DNA of 64,000 nucleotides from an uncultured Candidatus Rokubacteria bacterium (GCA_963758635.1 CAVWWD010000008.1:576001-640000), one strand, 5' to 3'; shown: positions 1 to 11,194, counted from the first letter of the stretch. A program made the numbers and translations. Notes: a model not told the origin generated them from the letters alone.

Positions 1-1499
1 CGAGCTCATCTTCGTCGTGCCGTCGGAGCCGCCGTCCTACGACGCCCACCAGGAAGAGACGTTCGGGGTCATGCACCCGATGGCCGGTCACTACAGCACG
101 CTCCTGCGCGTCGATCCGTCCGACCGGACGGGTACGAAGCCGGTGGGAGACGCGGCCGAGTCCTGGACCATCTCCAAGGACGGCATGACCTACACCTTCA
201 AGCTCCGCAAGGGCGTCAAGTTCCACGACGGCTCGGAGATGACCTCGCGGGACGTGAAGGCCTCGTACGACAAGATCATCTTCCCGCCGTCGGGCGTGAA
301 GTCGTCCCGCAAGGCCTCCTACCAGGCGGTGGAGGCGGTGGAGGCGCCGGATCCGTCCACGGTCCGGTTCCGGCTGAAGTGGAACGAGTCGTCCATGCTC
401 CTCAACCTGGCGTCGCCGTGGAACTGGATCTACAAGGCCGAGCTCCTGGCCAAGGACACCCGCTGGTACGAGAAGCACGTGATGGGCACCGGCCCGTTCA
501 AGTTCGTCGAGCACGTGAAGGGCTCGCACTGGGTCGGCAAGAAGAACCCGGACTACTGGGACAAGGGCAAGCCGTACCTCGACGGCTACCGCGCGCTCTT
601 CGTCAGCTCGTCGTCCGCGCAGGTCGCGGCCGTTCGCGCCGAGCGCGCCCACATCCAGTTCCGGGGATTCAGCCCCGCGGAACGGGACACCCTGGTGAAC
701 GCTCTCGGCCCCAAGATCACGGTCCAGGAGAGCCCGTGGGACTGCGTCCTCATGGTGGCGATGAACCACGAGAAGAAGCCCTTCGACGACAAGCGCGTCC
801 GCCGGGCCCTCAGCCTCGCGCTCGACCGGTACGAGGGATCGAAGGCGCTCTCGAAGATCGCGGTGGTCAAGGACGTGGCCGGCGTCCAGGTGCCCGGCAC
901 CCCGTACGCCACCCCGCCCGCCGAGCTGGAGAAGCTCGCGGGGTACGGGCGTGACATCAACGCGAACCGCGCCGAGGCGAAGAAGCTGCTGCGCGAGGCG
1001 GGCGTGCCCGACGGCTTCTCGTTCACATTCAAGAACCGAGGCATCCCGATGCCGTACGAGCCGGTGGGCATCTGGCTCATCGACCAGTGGCGTCACGTCG
1101 GGCTCAACGTGAAGCAGGAGGTCGTGGAGGCCTCGGCGTACCATCCGATGCTCAAGCGCGCGGACTTCGACGTGGCCATGGACTTCGCGTGCGGCTTCGT
1201 CGTCGAGCCGGACCTCGACCTGTTCCGCTTCGTGTCCACCTCGGACGCCAACTACGGCCGTCACAAGGACCTCGGTCATCGACGAGCTGTTCCAGAAGCA
1301 GGGGCGGTCGGGGGACGTGGAAGAGCGCAAGAAGCTCGTGCGCGCCTTCGAGAAGCGGCTGATCGACGAGGAGGTGCACGTCTTCTACACGCTGCAGTGG
1401 CATCGCATCATCCCGCACAGCTCGAAGGTGAAGGGCTGGACGGTCACGCCCAGCCACTACCTCAACAACCAGCTCGACACGGTCTGGCTGGCCGAATAG
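1..1499 (+). CDS. ABC transporter substrate-binding protein, family 5 (DppA/OppA-like); 5' end outside window; frameshift near 1275
   Basis: YTFKLRKGVKFHDG and MGTGPFKF motifs; C-terminus (…LDTVWLAE) continues in ORF 1317-1499. Confidence 0.9.
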
Positions 1500-1530
1500 C
1501 GGCGCGGCCGCGACGGGGGGCGACGGGGCC

Positions 1531-2484
1531 ATGTGGAAATACCTGGTGAAGCGGTTCCTCCTCATGTTCCCCACGCTCCTCGGCGTGGCCGTGATGATCT
1601 TCTTCCTCATGCGCGTGGTGCCGGGCGACGTGGTCGAGCTCCGCATGAGCGGCGACAGCGGCGTGGTCTCCAAGGAGGTGCTGGAGAAGGAGCGCGTCCG
1701 GTTCGGCCTGGACCGGCCGCTCTGGGAGCAGTTCGTCACGTGGCTGTGGGGGGCGGCGCGGCTCGACTTCGGCAAGTCCATGTGGACGGGCGCGCCGATC
1801 TGGGAGGAGATCAAGCTGCGGTTCGCGCTGTCCTTTCAGGTGGCGGTCATGGCCACCATCGTGGCGGTGATCATCGCGATTCCCCTCGGCGTGATCGCCG
1901 CCCTCAAGCAGGATTCGTGGGTCGACTACGCGGTGCGCATCTTCTCCATCGCCGGCCTCGCCACGCCTTCGTTCTGGCTCGGGATCGTGTTCATCCTCTG
2001 TCTGCTCATCGTCTTCAAGTGGCTGCCCCCGATGGTGTACACGCCGTTCTGGGTGAACCCCTGGCAGAACATGCTGCAGCTCATCTGGCCCGCCGTCGCC
2101 GTGGGATACCGGTACTCGGCGGTGGCCACCCGGATGACCCGGTCCGCCATGCTCGAGGTGCTGCGCGAGGACTACATCCGCACCGCGCGCGCCAAGGGGC
2201 TCGTCGAGAAGCTCATCCTGTCCCGGCACGCGCTCAAGAACGCCATGCTGCCCGTCATGACCATCATCGGCCTCGAGTTCGCCTTCCTCCTCGGCGGGCT
2301 GGTGGTGACCGAGCAGGTGTTCAACCTGAACGGCCTCGGCCTCCTGTTCGTGCAGGCGGTGGCCCACCGGGACTACACGCTGGTGCAGGCCCTGGTGATG
2401 CTGATCGCCGGGTTCTTCATCGTGGTGAACTTCGCGATGGACGTGATCTACGCGTGGCTCGACCCGCGCATCCGGTTCCGGTGA
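1531..2484 (+). CDS. Peptide/nickel ABC transporter permease (DppB-like)
   Basis: DYIRTARAKG EAA motif, ends LDPRIR. Confidence 0.93.
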   Translation: MWKYLVKRFLLMFPTLLGVAVMIFFLMRVVPGDVVELRMSGDSGVVSKEVLEKERVRFGLDRPLWEQFVTWLWGAARLDFGKSMWTGAPIWEEIKLRFALSFQVAVMATIVAVIIAIPLGVIAALKQDSWVDYAVRIFSIAGLATPSFWLGIVFILCLLIVFKWLPPMVYTPFWVNPWQNMLQLIWPAVAVGYRYSAVATRMTRSAMLEVLREDYIRTARAKGLVEKLILSRHALKNAMLPVMTIIGLEFAFLLGGLVVTEQVFNLNGLGLLFVQAVAHRDYTLVQALVMLIAGFFIVVNFAMDVIYAWLDPRIRFR

Positions 2485-2499
2485 GAGAAGGGGACGCCC

Positions 2500-3396
2500 A
2501 TGGCCATCGATCGTGTCGCGGAACAGGTACCTGGCCTGGAAGTGGCGGCGCCGTCCCGGCCGTCGTTCGTGCGCGACTTCGTACGCAAGCGCCCCCTCGG
2601 CACGGTGGGCGCCGCGGTGGTGATCGTCATGATCCTGGTGGCGATCTTCGCCAACCTCCTGGCGCCCTACGATCCCGTGACCGTCGATTTCAGCGCGATG
2701 CTGAGCCGTCCGTCCGCGGCCCACTGGCTCGGCACCGATGCCTTCGGCCGCGACGTGCTGTCGCGCCTGATCTACGGGTCGCGCACGGCGCTGTTCGTAG
2801 GCTTCGGCGCCGCGTTCTTCGGCGCCACCATCGGCGCCGTCCTGGGGGTGGGCAGCGCGTACTTCGGGGGGCGGACGGATCTGTACCTGCAGCGGGTGAT
2901 GGACTGCGTCCTCGCCTTTCCACTCATCATCCTGGCGCTCGCCATCGTGGCCATCCTGGGCAACAAGCTGCCGAACCTGATCGTCGCCATCACCATCCCC
3001 ATGATCCCGCGCTGCGCGCTCGTCATCCGTTCCAGCGCGCTCAGCATCCGGGAGATGCCGTACGTGGACGCGGCGCGCGCCGCCGGCTTCTCGCACGGCC
3101 GCATCATCCTCCGGCACATGCTCCCCAACGTCATGGCGCCGTACCTGATTCTCCTCACCGCGTTCCTCGGCCAGGCCATCCTCCTCGAGGCGTCGCTGTC
3201 GTTCCTCGGGCTGGGCGTCCAGGAGCCGATCGCCGCGTGGGGGCTGATGCTCCGCGGCGCCGCGGTGGAGTTCGCGGAGACGGCCCCGTGGATGGCCATC
3301 TTCCCCGGGCTGGCCATCAGCCTCTCCGTCTTCGCGTTCAACCTGTTCGGCGACTCGCTGCGGGACGCGCTGGACCCGAAGCTGCGCTCGCTTTAA
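2500..3396 (+). CDS. Peptide/nickel ABC transporter permease (DppC-like)
   Basis: HWLGTD…GRD, YVDAARAAG, GDSLRDALDPK motifs. Confidence 0.93.
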   Translation: MAIDRVAEQVPGLEVAAPSRPSFVRDFVRKRPLGTVGAAVVIVMILVAIFANLLAPYDPVTVDFSAMLSRPSAAHWLGTDAFGRDVLSRLIYGSRTALFVGFGAAFFGATIGAVLGVGSAYFGGRTDLYLQRVMDCVLAFPLIILALAIVAILGNKLPNLIVAITIPMIPRCALVIRSSALSIREMPYVDAARAAGFSHGRIILRHMLPNVMAPYLILLTAFLGQAILLEASLSFLGLGVQEPIAAWGLMLRGAAVEFAETAPWMAIFPGLAISLSVFAFNLFGDSLRDALDPKLRSL

Positions 3397-3420
3397 GGGC
3401 GCGTTCTATCGGCGGTTGGC

Positions 3421-3449
3421 TTGACAGGGATGGGGGCCGCTGGTACAAC
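3421..3449 (+). promoter_or_regulatory. Sigma70-type promoter of the ferredoxin gene
   Basis: TTGACA-17 bp-TACAAC with TG extended -10. Confidence 0.55.
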
Positions 3450-3513
3450 TACGCTCGTTTGAGCGCGGCTGTTTCATTCGCTCTCGGGCGATCACGGTCA
3501 ACAGGAGGTCGGA

Positions 3514-3780
3514 ATGGCGTACATCATCGCTGAGCCCTGCATCAACGTGAAGGACAAGGCCTGTGTCGAGGTCTGTCCGGTGGATTGCATCTACGAAGGC
3601 CCAGAGATGCTCTACATCCACCCGGACGAGTGCATCGACTGTGGGGCGTGCGAGCCGGTGTGCCCGGTGAAGGCGATCTTCGCCGAGGACGAGACCCCGG
3701 CCAACTGGAAGAACTTCATCGAGCTGAACAAGCAGTTCTTCAAGGACAATCCCGGCGTCAAGCCGGCCACGAAGGCGTAG
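3514..3780 (+). CDS. fdxA: 7Fe (3Fe-4S/4Fe-4S) ferredoxin, FdxA type
   Basis: CVEVCPVDCI and CIDCGACEPVCP motifs; AGGAGG RBS. Confidence 0.92.
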   Translation: MAYIIAEPCINVKDKACVEVCPVDCIYEGPEMLYIHPDECIDCGACEPVCPVKAIFAEDETPANWKNFIELNKQFFKDNPGVKPATKA

Positions 3781-3824
3781 CCCGCTCGCCCGCGCCTCGT
3801 CGCCGAGAGCGCAGAAGCTCCACC

Positions 3825-3856
3825 ACGGGGTTCCGCTCGGGACCCCGTTGCTGTTT
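3825..3856 (+). terminator. Putative intrinsic terminator after ferredoxin
   Basis: ACGGGGTTCC-GCTC-GGGACCCCGT hairpin followed by TGCTGTTT. Confidence 0.5.
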
Positions 3857-4030
3857 CCGCGAGCCGCCGTGCGCGCGCCTCGCGCCACCGGGTTGCGCGG
3901 CCGCGCGGATGCTCGCGCCGGCGTCCGGTGCCCAGCGCGCGCGGCAGCGCCTCCGACGTGTTGCACAGCCGTCGGGGCAGCGCGCGGCGCGTTCCTCGCG
4001 CAAGTGCTCGAACGCGCTGGAGCGCCCGCG

Positions 4031-4045
4031 TGGCACAGCGCTTGC
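4031..4045 (+). promoter_or_regulatory. Sigma-54 -24/-12 promoter
   Basis: TGGCAC-N5-TTGC, exact consensus spacing. Confidence 0.7.
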
Positions 4046-4058
4046 CCCTCGATGCGGC

Positions 4059-4346
4059 ATGCGCGCGCCACCGCCGTCCTCGCCGCTGCCCGCGAGCCCC
4101 GGCGCCGCCGTCGGCTTTCACGGCGCCGTCACCGAGTTCAAGCGCCGGCTGATCGAGGCCACGCTCTGCCAGTGGGGCGGCAACCGGACGCGCGCGGCAC
4201 GCGCGCTCGGTCTTCAGCGCACGTACCTCCTGCGGCTGATGCGGGAGTTCGGCGTCAGCGTGCCCGCGCCGATCGGGCCCGTGGGCCGGAACGGCAACGG
4301 CCGGTCCGCGTCGCCGGCCCCGGCGGACGCCGCGAGGGGACGTTGA
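4059..4346 (+). CDS. Small stand-alone Fis-type HTH (HTH_8) protein
   Basis: FKRRLIEATL…GGNRTRAARALGLQRTYLLRLM resembles the bEBP/Fis DNA-binding tail. Confidence 0.75.
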   Translation: MRAPPPSSPLPASPGAAVGFHGAVTEFKRRLIEATLCQWGGNRTRAARALGLQRTYLLRLMREFGVSVPAPIGPVGRNGNGRSASPAPADAARGR

Positions 4347-4379
4347 GCCCCCACGTGGCGTTTGAAATAGAATGGACGC

Positions 4380-5507
4380 GTGGGCGACGTATGGGTGGCC
4401 GGCGTGGGTATGACGCGGTTCGGGCGGCGTGACGAAAGCCTCCCGGATCTGATCGCCGAAGCCGCGCGCGTCGCCCTCGCCGACGCCCGCTGCGAGCGCC
4501 CGGACGCCATCGTGGTGGCGGTCATGAACCCCGAGGAATTCACCGGCGCCGGCAACTACGCCTCCCTCATCGCGACGCATCTCGGCTTCTCCAGCGTGCC
4601 CGCCCTCCGCGTGGAGACGGCCACCTCCTCCGGCATGGCCGGCCTCTACTCGGGGTTCGCGTCGGTCGCCGCCGGCCTGCACCGGACGGTGCTCGTGCTG
4701 GGCGGCGAGAAGATGACGCATCTGCCCACCCCCCGGGTGGCCGAGATCATCGGCCGATCCATCGATCCCCACGAGCGCAGCTACGGGACCACCATGCCCG
4801 CCCTCGCGGGCTTGATCACGCGCGCGGCCATGCACCGTCACGGCCTCACGCTCCGGGAGATCTCGCAGGTCGCGGTGAAGAACCACGCCCACGGCGCGCG
4901 GAACCCGTACGCGCACTTCCGCGAGCCGGTGACCCTCGAGGCGGTGATGGAGAGCCGCATCGTCGCCGATCCGCTGCGGCTGTTCCATTGCTGCCCGATC
5001 TCCGACGGCGCCGCCGCGGTGGTGCTGACCGCCGAGGCCACCGCCGTGCGACTGGCCGGCATCGGGCAGGGCATGGACACGATGGCCGTTCGCTACCGGG
5101 CGGACCTCACCACGTTCCGCGCCACCCAGGCCGCGGCCCAGGTCGCGTTCAAGATGGCGGGGTTCGGGCCGGAGCGCGTGGAGGTCGCGGAGATCCACGA
5201 CGCGTTCTCGCCCTTCGAGCTGGTGTCCCTCGAGGACACCGGCCTGATGCCCGCCGGCAAGGCCGGCCGGGCCACGCTCGACGGCGAGACCACGCTCGAT
5301 GGCCGCCTCCCCGTGAACCCGTCGGGCGGCCTGAAGGCGCGCGGCCACCCGCTGGCCGCCACCGGCCTCTCCCAGATCGTCGAGCTGGTGTGGCAGCTCC
5401 GCGGCGAGGCGACGGGGCGGCAAGTGCAGGCGCGGGTCGGCCTCGCGCAGTCCATCGGCGGGCTCGCCACGAACAACTGGGTGACTCTGCTGGAGGCGGC
5501 GTCCTGA
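4380..5507 (+). CDS. Thiolase-family protein (SCP-x/archaeal-type)
   Basis: CCPISDGAAA, EIHDAF, NPSGGLKARGHPLAATG motifs. Confidence 0.9.
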   Translation: MGDVWVAGVGMTRFGRRDESLPDLIAEAARVALADARCERPDAIVVAVMNPEEFTGAGNYASLIATHLGFSSVPALRVETATSSGMAGLYSGFASVAAGLHRTVLVLGGEKMTHLPTPRVAEIIGRSIDPHERSYGTTMPALAGLITRAAMHRHGLTLREISQVAVKNHAHGARNPYAHFREPVTLEAVMESRIVADPLRLFHCCPISDGAAAVVLTAEATAVRLAGIGQGMDTMAVRYRADLTTFRATQAAAQVAFKMAGFGPERVEVAEIHDAFSPFELVSLEDTGLMPAGKAGRATLDGETTLDGRLPVNPSGGLKARGHPLAATGLSQIVELVWQLRGEATGRQVQARVGLAQSIGGLATNNWVTLLEAAS

Positions 5508-5935
5508 ACGCGGACACCATCGCGGCCTCCCGCTGTCCGCGCTGCCAGCGCCTCGTCGTGCCGCCCGCCGCGCGCTGCCCCGACCACGGGGCCACGATGG
5601 AGGCGGCCGCGGTCGCCAAGGTGGGCGAGGTCGTCTCGTTCACCACGCTCTACTCGCCGCCCGAGGGGTTCCGCTCCCCGCTGCACATCGCCCTGGTGGA
5701 GCTGCCGGGAGGCGCGCGCCTCTTCTGCCACGGCGAGGACACGCGGGGAATGAAGGTGGGCTCGCGCGTGGCGGTGGAAGCGGTCGACTCCGTGTTCTAC
5801 TTCTCGCACCTCGGGTTCGCCGACCGCGCGCGCCTGTTCTGGCGCCGGGCCGGCGCGCGCGGCGAGAGGGTGACGGCGATCACCAAGAGCCTGGTCCAGG
5901 GCATATGGAAGGGGAGATCCGGTGGCGAAAGCTAG
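5504..5935 (+). CDS. Zn-ribbon/OB-fold (DUF35) thiolase partner protein
   Basis: RCPRC…RCPDH ribbon plus OB fold (GEVVSFTT…IALVEL); only a CTG is available at the overlapping start. Confidence 0.75.
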   Translation: MNADTIAASRCPRCQRLVVPPAARCPDHGATMEAAAVAKVGEVVSFTTLYSPPEGFRSPLHIALVELPGGARLFCHGEDTRGMKVGSRVAVEAVDSVFYFSHLGFADRARLFWRRAGARGERVTAITKSLVQGIWKGRSGGES

Positions 5936-7184
5936 GACTCGAACGAAGGCGGCGTCGTCCCGCCGGCGGCCGGCGCCGCCGGCGCGCGCGGGGCAGGGGA
6001 AGCCGCCGCTCGCCGGCATCCGGGTGATCGACCTGACCCGCGTCCTCGCCGGTCCCTTCTGCGCCATGTCGCTCGGCGACATGGGCGCGGAGGTGATCAA
6101 GGTGGAGGAGCCGGGCAAGGGCGACGACACGCGCGGCTGGCCGCCGTTCGTGGGCGGCGAGGCCACGTACTTCATGAGCGTCAACCGCAACAAGAAGAGC
6201 ATCACGCTGAACCTCAAGGCGCCGGAGGGTCAGGACATCCTGCGCCGCCTCATCAAGAGCGCCGACGTCGTCCTGGAGAACTTCCGGCCCGGCACCATGG
6301 AGCGGCTGGGCTTCGGCTACGAGGCGCTCGCCGCCCAGAACCCGCGGCTCGTGTACTGCTCGATCTCCGGCTTCGGCGAGAGCGGCCCCGAGGCCTCCCG
6401 GCCCGGCTACGACCTCATCGTGCAGGGCGAGTCAGGCGTGATGGACCTCACGGGCTTCGCCGACGGGCCGCCGGTGAAGGTGGGCAACTCCGTGGCGGAC
6501 CTCGTGTCCGGCATGGCGGCGGCGCAGGGCATCACGCTGGCCCTTCTTGCTCGCACCAGGACCGGGCGCGGCCAGAAGGTCGAGATCGGCATGCTCGACG
6601 TGATGGCGTCGCTCCTGACCTACCAGGCCGGCCTCTACTGGAACGCGGGCGGCCGGCCCGCGCGGCGAGGCAACCAGCACCCGTCCATCGCGCCCTACGA
6701 GGTCTACCAGGCCAAGGACGCGTACCTCACGATCGGCGTCGCGAACAACTCCCTCTGGGACCGATTCTGCCGGGCGATCGGCCGCGAGGACATCGTCCGC
6801 GATCCCCGCTTCGAGACCGAGGCCGCGCGCGTGCAGAACCGGGAGGCGCTCACCGCGCTCCTCGACGAGACGTTCTCGCAGCAGCCGGCCGACGAGTGGC
6901 TGGCGCGTCTCGAGAAGGCCGGGGTGCCGGCGGGTCGCATCAAGACGGTGGCCGAGGTGTGCGAGAGCCCGCACCTCCACGCTCGCGGCATGGCGGTCTC
7001 GCTCCAGCACCCGAAGGCCGGCGCGATCACGGTGATGGGCGTTCCGACCCGCCTCCATGGGACGCCCGGCGCGGCCACGGCGGCGCCGCCGCTGCTGGGT
7101 CAGCACACCGACGAGGTCCTCACGCGCCTCCTGCGCATGCCCCCGGCCCGCGTGGCGAAGCTCCGGGAGGCCGGCGTCGTGTAG
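5922..7184 (+). CDS. Family III CoA transferase (CaiB/BaiF)
   Basis: [11 protein letters not shown]…LAGP, NRNKKS, GYD motifs. Confidence 0.93.
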   Translation: MAKARTRTKAASSRRRPAPPARAGQGKPPLAGIRVIDLTRVLAGPFCAMSLGDMGAEVIKVEEPGKGDDTRGWPPFVGGEATYFMSVNRNKKSITLNLKAPEGQDILRRLIKSADVVLENFRPGTMERLGFGYEALAAQNPRLVYCSISGFGESGPEASRPGYDLIVQGESGVMDLTGFADGPPVKVGNSVADLVSGMAAAQGITLALLARTRTGRGQKVEIGMLDVMASLLTYQAGLYWNAGGRPARRGNQHPSIAPYEVYQAKDAYLTIGVANNSLWDRFCRAIGREDIVRDPRFETEAARVQNREALTALLDETFSQQPADEWLARLEKAGVPAGRIKTVAEVCESPHLHARGMAVSLQHPKAGAITVMGVPTRLHGTPGAATAAPPLLGQHTDEVLTRLLRMPPARVAKLREAGVV

Positions 7185-7293
7185 CCGCCGCGTCCGGCGT
7201 CCCGGGCGACCCGACCGCGGCGCGCGGGCGGGGCCGCGGGCGCCGGGCCAAAGCCTTGACACCTCCCCCGAGGCTCACGGATCATTGGAGCCC

Positions 7294-8883
7294 ATGTCGC
7301 GCGAGATCAAGCTCTACGACACCACCCTCCGGGACGGCACGCAGGGCGAAGGCGTGTCCTTCTCCATGGAGGACAAGGTCCGCATCGCCCAGCGCCTGGA
7401 CGCCCTCGGCGTCCACTACATCGAGGGCGGCTGGCCCGGATCGAACCCCAAGGACCTCCGGTTCTTCAAGCGGGTGCAGGATGCCGTGTTCAAGACGGCG
7501 AAGATCAGCGCCTTCGGCGCCACCCGCCGCCCCGGGGTCCGCCCGCCCGACGACCCGAACCTCCAGGCCCTGGTCGAGGCGGGGCCGCCGGTGGTCACCA
7601 TCTTCGGCAAGTCGTGGGACTTCCACGTGACCTCCGCGCTGGGGACGACCCTCGAGGAGAACGTGGCGATGATCTCGGACTCCGTGAGCTACCTCCTCAA
7701 GCACTTCGAGGAGGTCATCTACGACGCCGAGCACTTCTTCGACGGCTTCAAGCGGAACCCCGAGTACGCCGTGCGCACGCTCCTCGCCGCCGAGGCCGCG
7801 GGCGCGCACTGCCTGGTGCTCTGCGACACCAACGGAGGCTGCCTGCCGCACGAGATCGCCGCGATCGTCCGCGAGGTGAAGGGCCAGATCAAGGCGGACA
7901 CGCCGTTCGGCATCCACGTGCACAACGACACCGACTGCGCGGTGGCCAACACCCTGACCGCGGTGGCGGAGGGCGCCGGTCACGTCCAGGGCACGATCAA
8001 CGGCTACGGCGAGCGGTGCGGCAACGCCAACCTCGTGTCGATCATCCCGAACCTCATGCTGAAGATGGGGCTCGAGTGCATCCCGCCGGACCACCTGCAC
8101 GAACTTCGCGAGGTGTCGCGGTTCGTGTCGGAGCTGGCGAACCGGAAGCCGTGGGACGCCCAGCCCTACGTGGGCGACTCGGCGTTCGCCCACAAGGGCG
8201 GCATCCACGTGTCGGCGGTGCTGAAGCATCCCGAGACGTACGAGCACATCGACCCCATCGCCGTCGGCAACCGCCGCCGCGTGCTCGTGTCCGAGCTGGC
8301 CGGGCAGTCGAACATCCTGTGGAAGGCGCGCGAGTACGGGATCGACCTCGACAAGAACACGCCGGACGCCCGCCGCATCCTCGCGATGCTCAAGCGGCTC
8401 GAGGACGAGGGCTTCCAGTTCGAGGGCGCGGAGGCGTCGTTCGAGCTGCTGATGGAGCGCGCGCTCGGCAACCACCGGCCGTACTTCGACCTCCAGGGCT
8501 TCCGCGTCATCGTGGAGGAGCAGCAGGGGAGCGCCGAGCCGGTGGCCGAGGCCACGGTGCGCCTGCGTGTGAAGGGTATCGAGGAGCACACCGCGGCGGC
8601 GGGCAACGGCCCCGTGAACGCGCTCGACCACGCCCTCCGCAAGGCCCTCGAGGACTTCTATCCGAACATCAAGCAGATGAGCCTGCTCGACTACAAGGTG
8701 CGCATCCTCGATGAGGCCAAGGGCACGGCGGCGCGCACGCGCGTGCTCGTCACGTCGGGTGACGGCGACGAGACGTGGGGCACCGTGGGCGTGGCCGACA
8801 ACATCATCGAGGCCTCGTGGCAGGCTCTCGTCGACTCCGTGGAGTACAAGCTCCGCCGGGACGAGCGTCGAGGCCAGCGCTGA
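7294..8883 (+). CDS. cimA: Citramalate synthase
   Basis: [29 protein letters not shown] motifs, LeuA-type regulatory domain. Confidence 0.92.
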   Translation: MSREIKLYDTTLRDGTQGEGVSFSMEDKVRIAQRLDALGVHYIEGGWPGSNPKDLRFFKRVQDAVFKTAKISAFGATRRPGVRPPDDPNLQALVEAGPPVVTIFGKSWDFHVTSALGTTLEENVAMISDSVSYLLKHFEEVIYDAEHFFDGFKRNPEYAVRTLLAAEAAGAHCLVLCDTNGGCLPHEIAAIVREVKGQIKADTPFGIHVHNDTDCAVANTLTAVAEGAGHVQGTINGYGERCGNANLVSIIPNLMLKMGLECIPPDHLHELREVSRFVSELANRKPWDAQPYVGDSAFAHKGGIHVSAVLKHPETYEHIDPIAVGNRRRVLVSELAGQSNILWKAREYGIDLDKNTPDARRILAMLKRLEDEGFQFEGAEASFELLMERALGNHRPYFDLQGFRVIVEEQQGSAEPVAEATVRLRVKGIEEHTAAAGNGPVNALDHALRKALEDFYPNIKQMSLLDYKVRILDEAKGTAARTRVLVTSGDGDETWGTVGVADNIIEASWQALVDSVEYKLRRDERRGQR

Positions 8884-8898
8884 CCGTCGTCCGCCGGG

Positions 8899-8963
8899 AG
8901 CGGGTCGCCATCGCCGCCGCCGTCCGCGGGCAGCGGGTCGCCATCGCCGCCGCCGTCCGCGGG
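8899..8963. repeat. 33-bp tandem duplication, intergenic
   Basis: AGCGGGTCGCCATCGCCGCCGCCGTCCGCGGG occurs twice with period 33. Confidence 0.85.
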
Positions 8964-9012
8964 GCGCGCGTGGCCGCCGACGCGGCCCCCGGCACGGCGT
9001 AGGAGCCGCGGC

Positions 9013-9947
9013 GTGCCCCCATCTCCGCCAAGCTCGTCGAGGACACCGCGCGCGAGCTGACCGCGCGCGCGGCCATCGACATCCCGCCCGACTACCGCGA
9101 GGGCGTGCGCCTCGCCCGGGACCGCGAGACCGGCCGCCTCGCCCGCTTCGTCCTCACCGAGATGCTCGCCAACTGGGAGATCGCCACCGCGGAGCGCCGG
9201 CCCATGTGCGCGGACACCGGCCTGCCCCGCTACTACGTGAAGCTCGGCAACGAGGCGGTGGTGGAGGGCGGCCTCGTGGCCCTCGAGCGCGCGCTGCGCC
9301 GGGCCACCGCCGAGGCCACCGCGAGCATCCCGCTCCGCCCGAACCGCGTGCATCCGCTCACGCGCGCCGACCACGACAACAACGTCGGCCTCCACGCGCC
9401 CGAGGTCACGTTCGGCGTGGAGCCGGGGGGCGACTGGATCGACGTCACCACCGTGCACAAGGGCGGCCTGTTCGGCACGGACTGGCGCATGCTCTTCCCG
9501 GGCGACGGCATCCCCGGGATCAAGCGCTTCTTCCTGGACACGCTGGTGGAGTCGGGCAAGCGCGGCCTCGCCTGCCAGCCCGCGATCGTGGGCGTGGGCA
9601 TCGGGGGAGCCAAGGACACGTGCATGCGGCTCGGCAAGGAGGCGGCGTGCCTGCGCGTGGTGGGCAGCAAGAACCCCGACCCGGTGGCCGGGGCGCTCGA
9701 GGACGAGCTCACCGCGCTCGGCAACTACATCGGCATCGGCGCGATGGGCTTCGCGGGCACGTCGATGGTCGTGGCGACCCACGTCGAGATGGCCTTCACC
9801 CACACCGGCGGGATGCCGGTGGCGATCCACCAGTTCTGCCTGTCCTCGCGGCGCGCCACCGCGCGCATCCATCCCGACGGGCGTGTCGAGCACCGCACCG
9901 ACCCGCAGTGGTTCACCGACTACTACCGGCGCGAGGGCATCGAGTAA
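9013..9947 (+). CDS. Fe-S hydro-lyase alpha subunit (fumarase I/tartrate dehydratase alpha family); frameshift just after GTG start
   Basis: PMCADTG, ACQPAIVGVGIGG, IGAMGFAG motifs; AGGAG RBS. Confidence 0.85.
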
Positions 9948-9954
9948 TGCCCCT

Positions 9955-10025
9955 CACAGAATGCGCTAACCGCGACGGGCTCCTACAGTCCCACCGCTCG
10001 GCATTCGTCTGATGCGCGAGGCTCA
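9955..10025 (-). repeat. Dispersed 71-bp repeat, family B copy 1
   Basis: Reverse complement matches 51381-51451 at 65/71 positions. Confidence 0.9.
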
Positions 10026-10055
10026 CGAGATGCGGTGCCGCGAGGGCCTCGCGTA

Positions 10056-10770
10056 GTGGGCGTTCCCGTCGCGCGCCTCGACGACGTGGCCATGGACGAG
10101 GTGCACCTGACCACCCCGGTGACGGATGCCGACATTCGCGCGCTCAAGCTCGGCGACGTCGTCTACCTCTCCGGCATCCTCTACACGGGCCGCGAGGGCG
10201 TGTACCGCCAGGTCGTGGACAAGGGCGTGCCGCTGCCGCCGGGGATCCGCGAGCTGACCAACGTGAACTTCCACTGCTCGCCCGCGGCGCGCGTGGGCGC
10301 CGACGGGCGCCATGCGGTGGAGGCGGTCACGGCGACGGCGAGCTTCCGCTTCGGCAAGTCCATGGCGCCGTGGTTCGAGCGCTCCGGGGCGAAGGTCATC
10401 GTGGGGAAGGCCGGCCTGACCGAGCGCGCGTACCGGGAGTGGTTCGTGCCCCACGGCGCCGTCTACCTGACCACGGTCGGCTACGGCCTCGGCGCCGCCT
10501 ACGGTCGCTCGATCCGGGGCGTGCGGGAGGTGCACTGGCTCCGCGAGCTCGGCATCGCCCAGGCCCTGTGGGTGCTCGAGGTGGAGCGCATCGGGCCGTT
10601 CCTGGTCGAGGGTGACGCGGAGGGCCGGAGCCTCTTCGCGCTCGCCAATCGCGAGATCGACGCGCGCCTGGACGAGGTGTACCGCGGCCTCCCCCCGCCC
10701 GCGCTCGGCCGCTTCGGCGAGGTCCTCTCCGCGCAAGGAAGAGGCTGGCTGCTCAGTCGAGCCGGCCGTC
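10056..10770 (+). CDS. Fe-S hydro-lyase beta subunit (fumarase/tartrate dehydratase beta family); 3' end uncertain
   Basis: LKLGDVVYLSGILYTGR, TATASFR, VIVGKAG, ELGIAQALW motifs. Confidence 0.8.
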
Positions 10771-11102
10771 AGTGGTCGCGGGCGCCGCCGCGACAGCTCC
10801 GCCCCGGCGGTGGTGTTCGCGGCCGGCGGCACGGCGCGCGCCGGCGCGGGAGGCTCGGGACCCTCGCGGTCCTCGAGCGCCGCGACCCGGCTCTCGAGCA
10901 GGGCCAGCCGCGCGTGCAGCAGGTCCCTGAGCGTCTTCGCGCTCGCCAGCAGGCTTCTCACCTCGCCGACCAGCGTGCGCAGATCATCCCGGACCCAGCG
11001 GAACTCGTCGTGGACCCACTGCGCGAGGCGGTCGATGGCCTGGCGGGCCCGATCGGGCGGCCCGGGATCGCGGCGGCCGGGCGGCGGCGTGTCGTGGTCC
11101 AC
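10769..11102 (-). CDS. Small hypothetical coiled-coil protein
   Basis: Amphipathic stretch AIDRLAQWVHDEFRWVRDDLRTL…LESRVAALED; end ambiguous. Confidence 0.35.
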
Positions 11103-11194
11103 GCGCCACTCTTGCCGCCCGCGCCTGGGCGCGTCAATCGTATCGTGTCGGATACGCCCGGCTCGCTGATCGTATCGGGCCGGATACGCCCGGC

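Noticed and set aside
8899..8963. 33-bp tandem duplication as a regulatory element or peptide gene
   Set aside because: Simple local duplication with no other copies and no convincing start or RBS.
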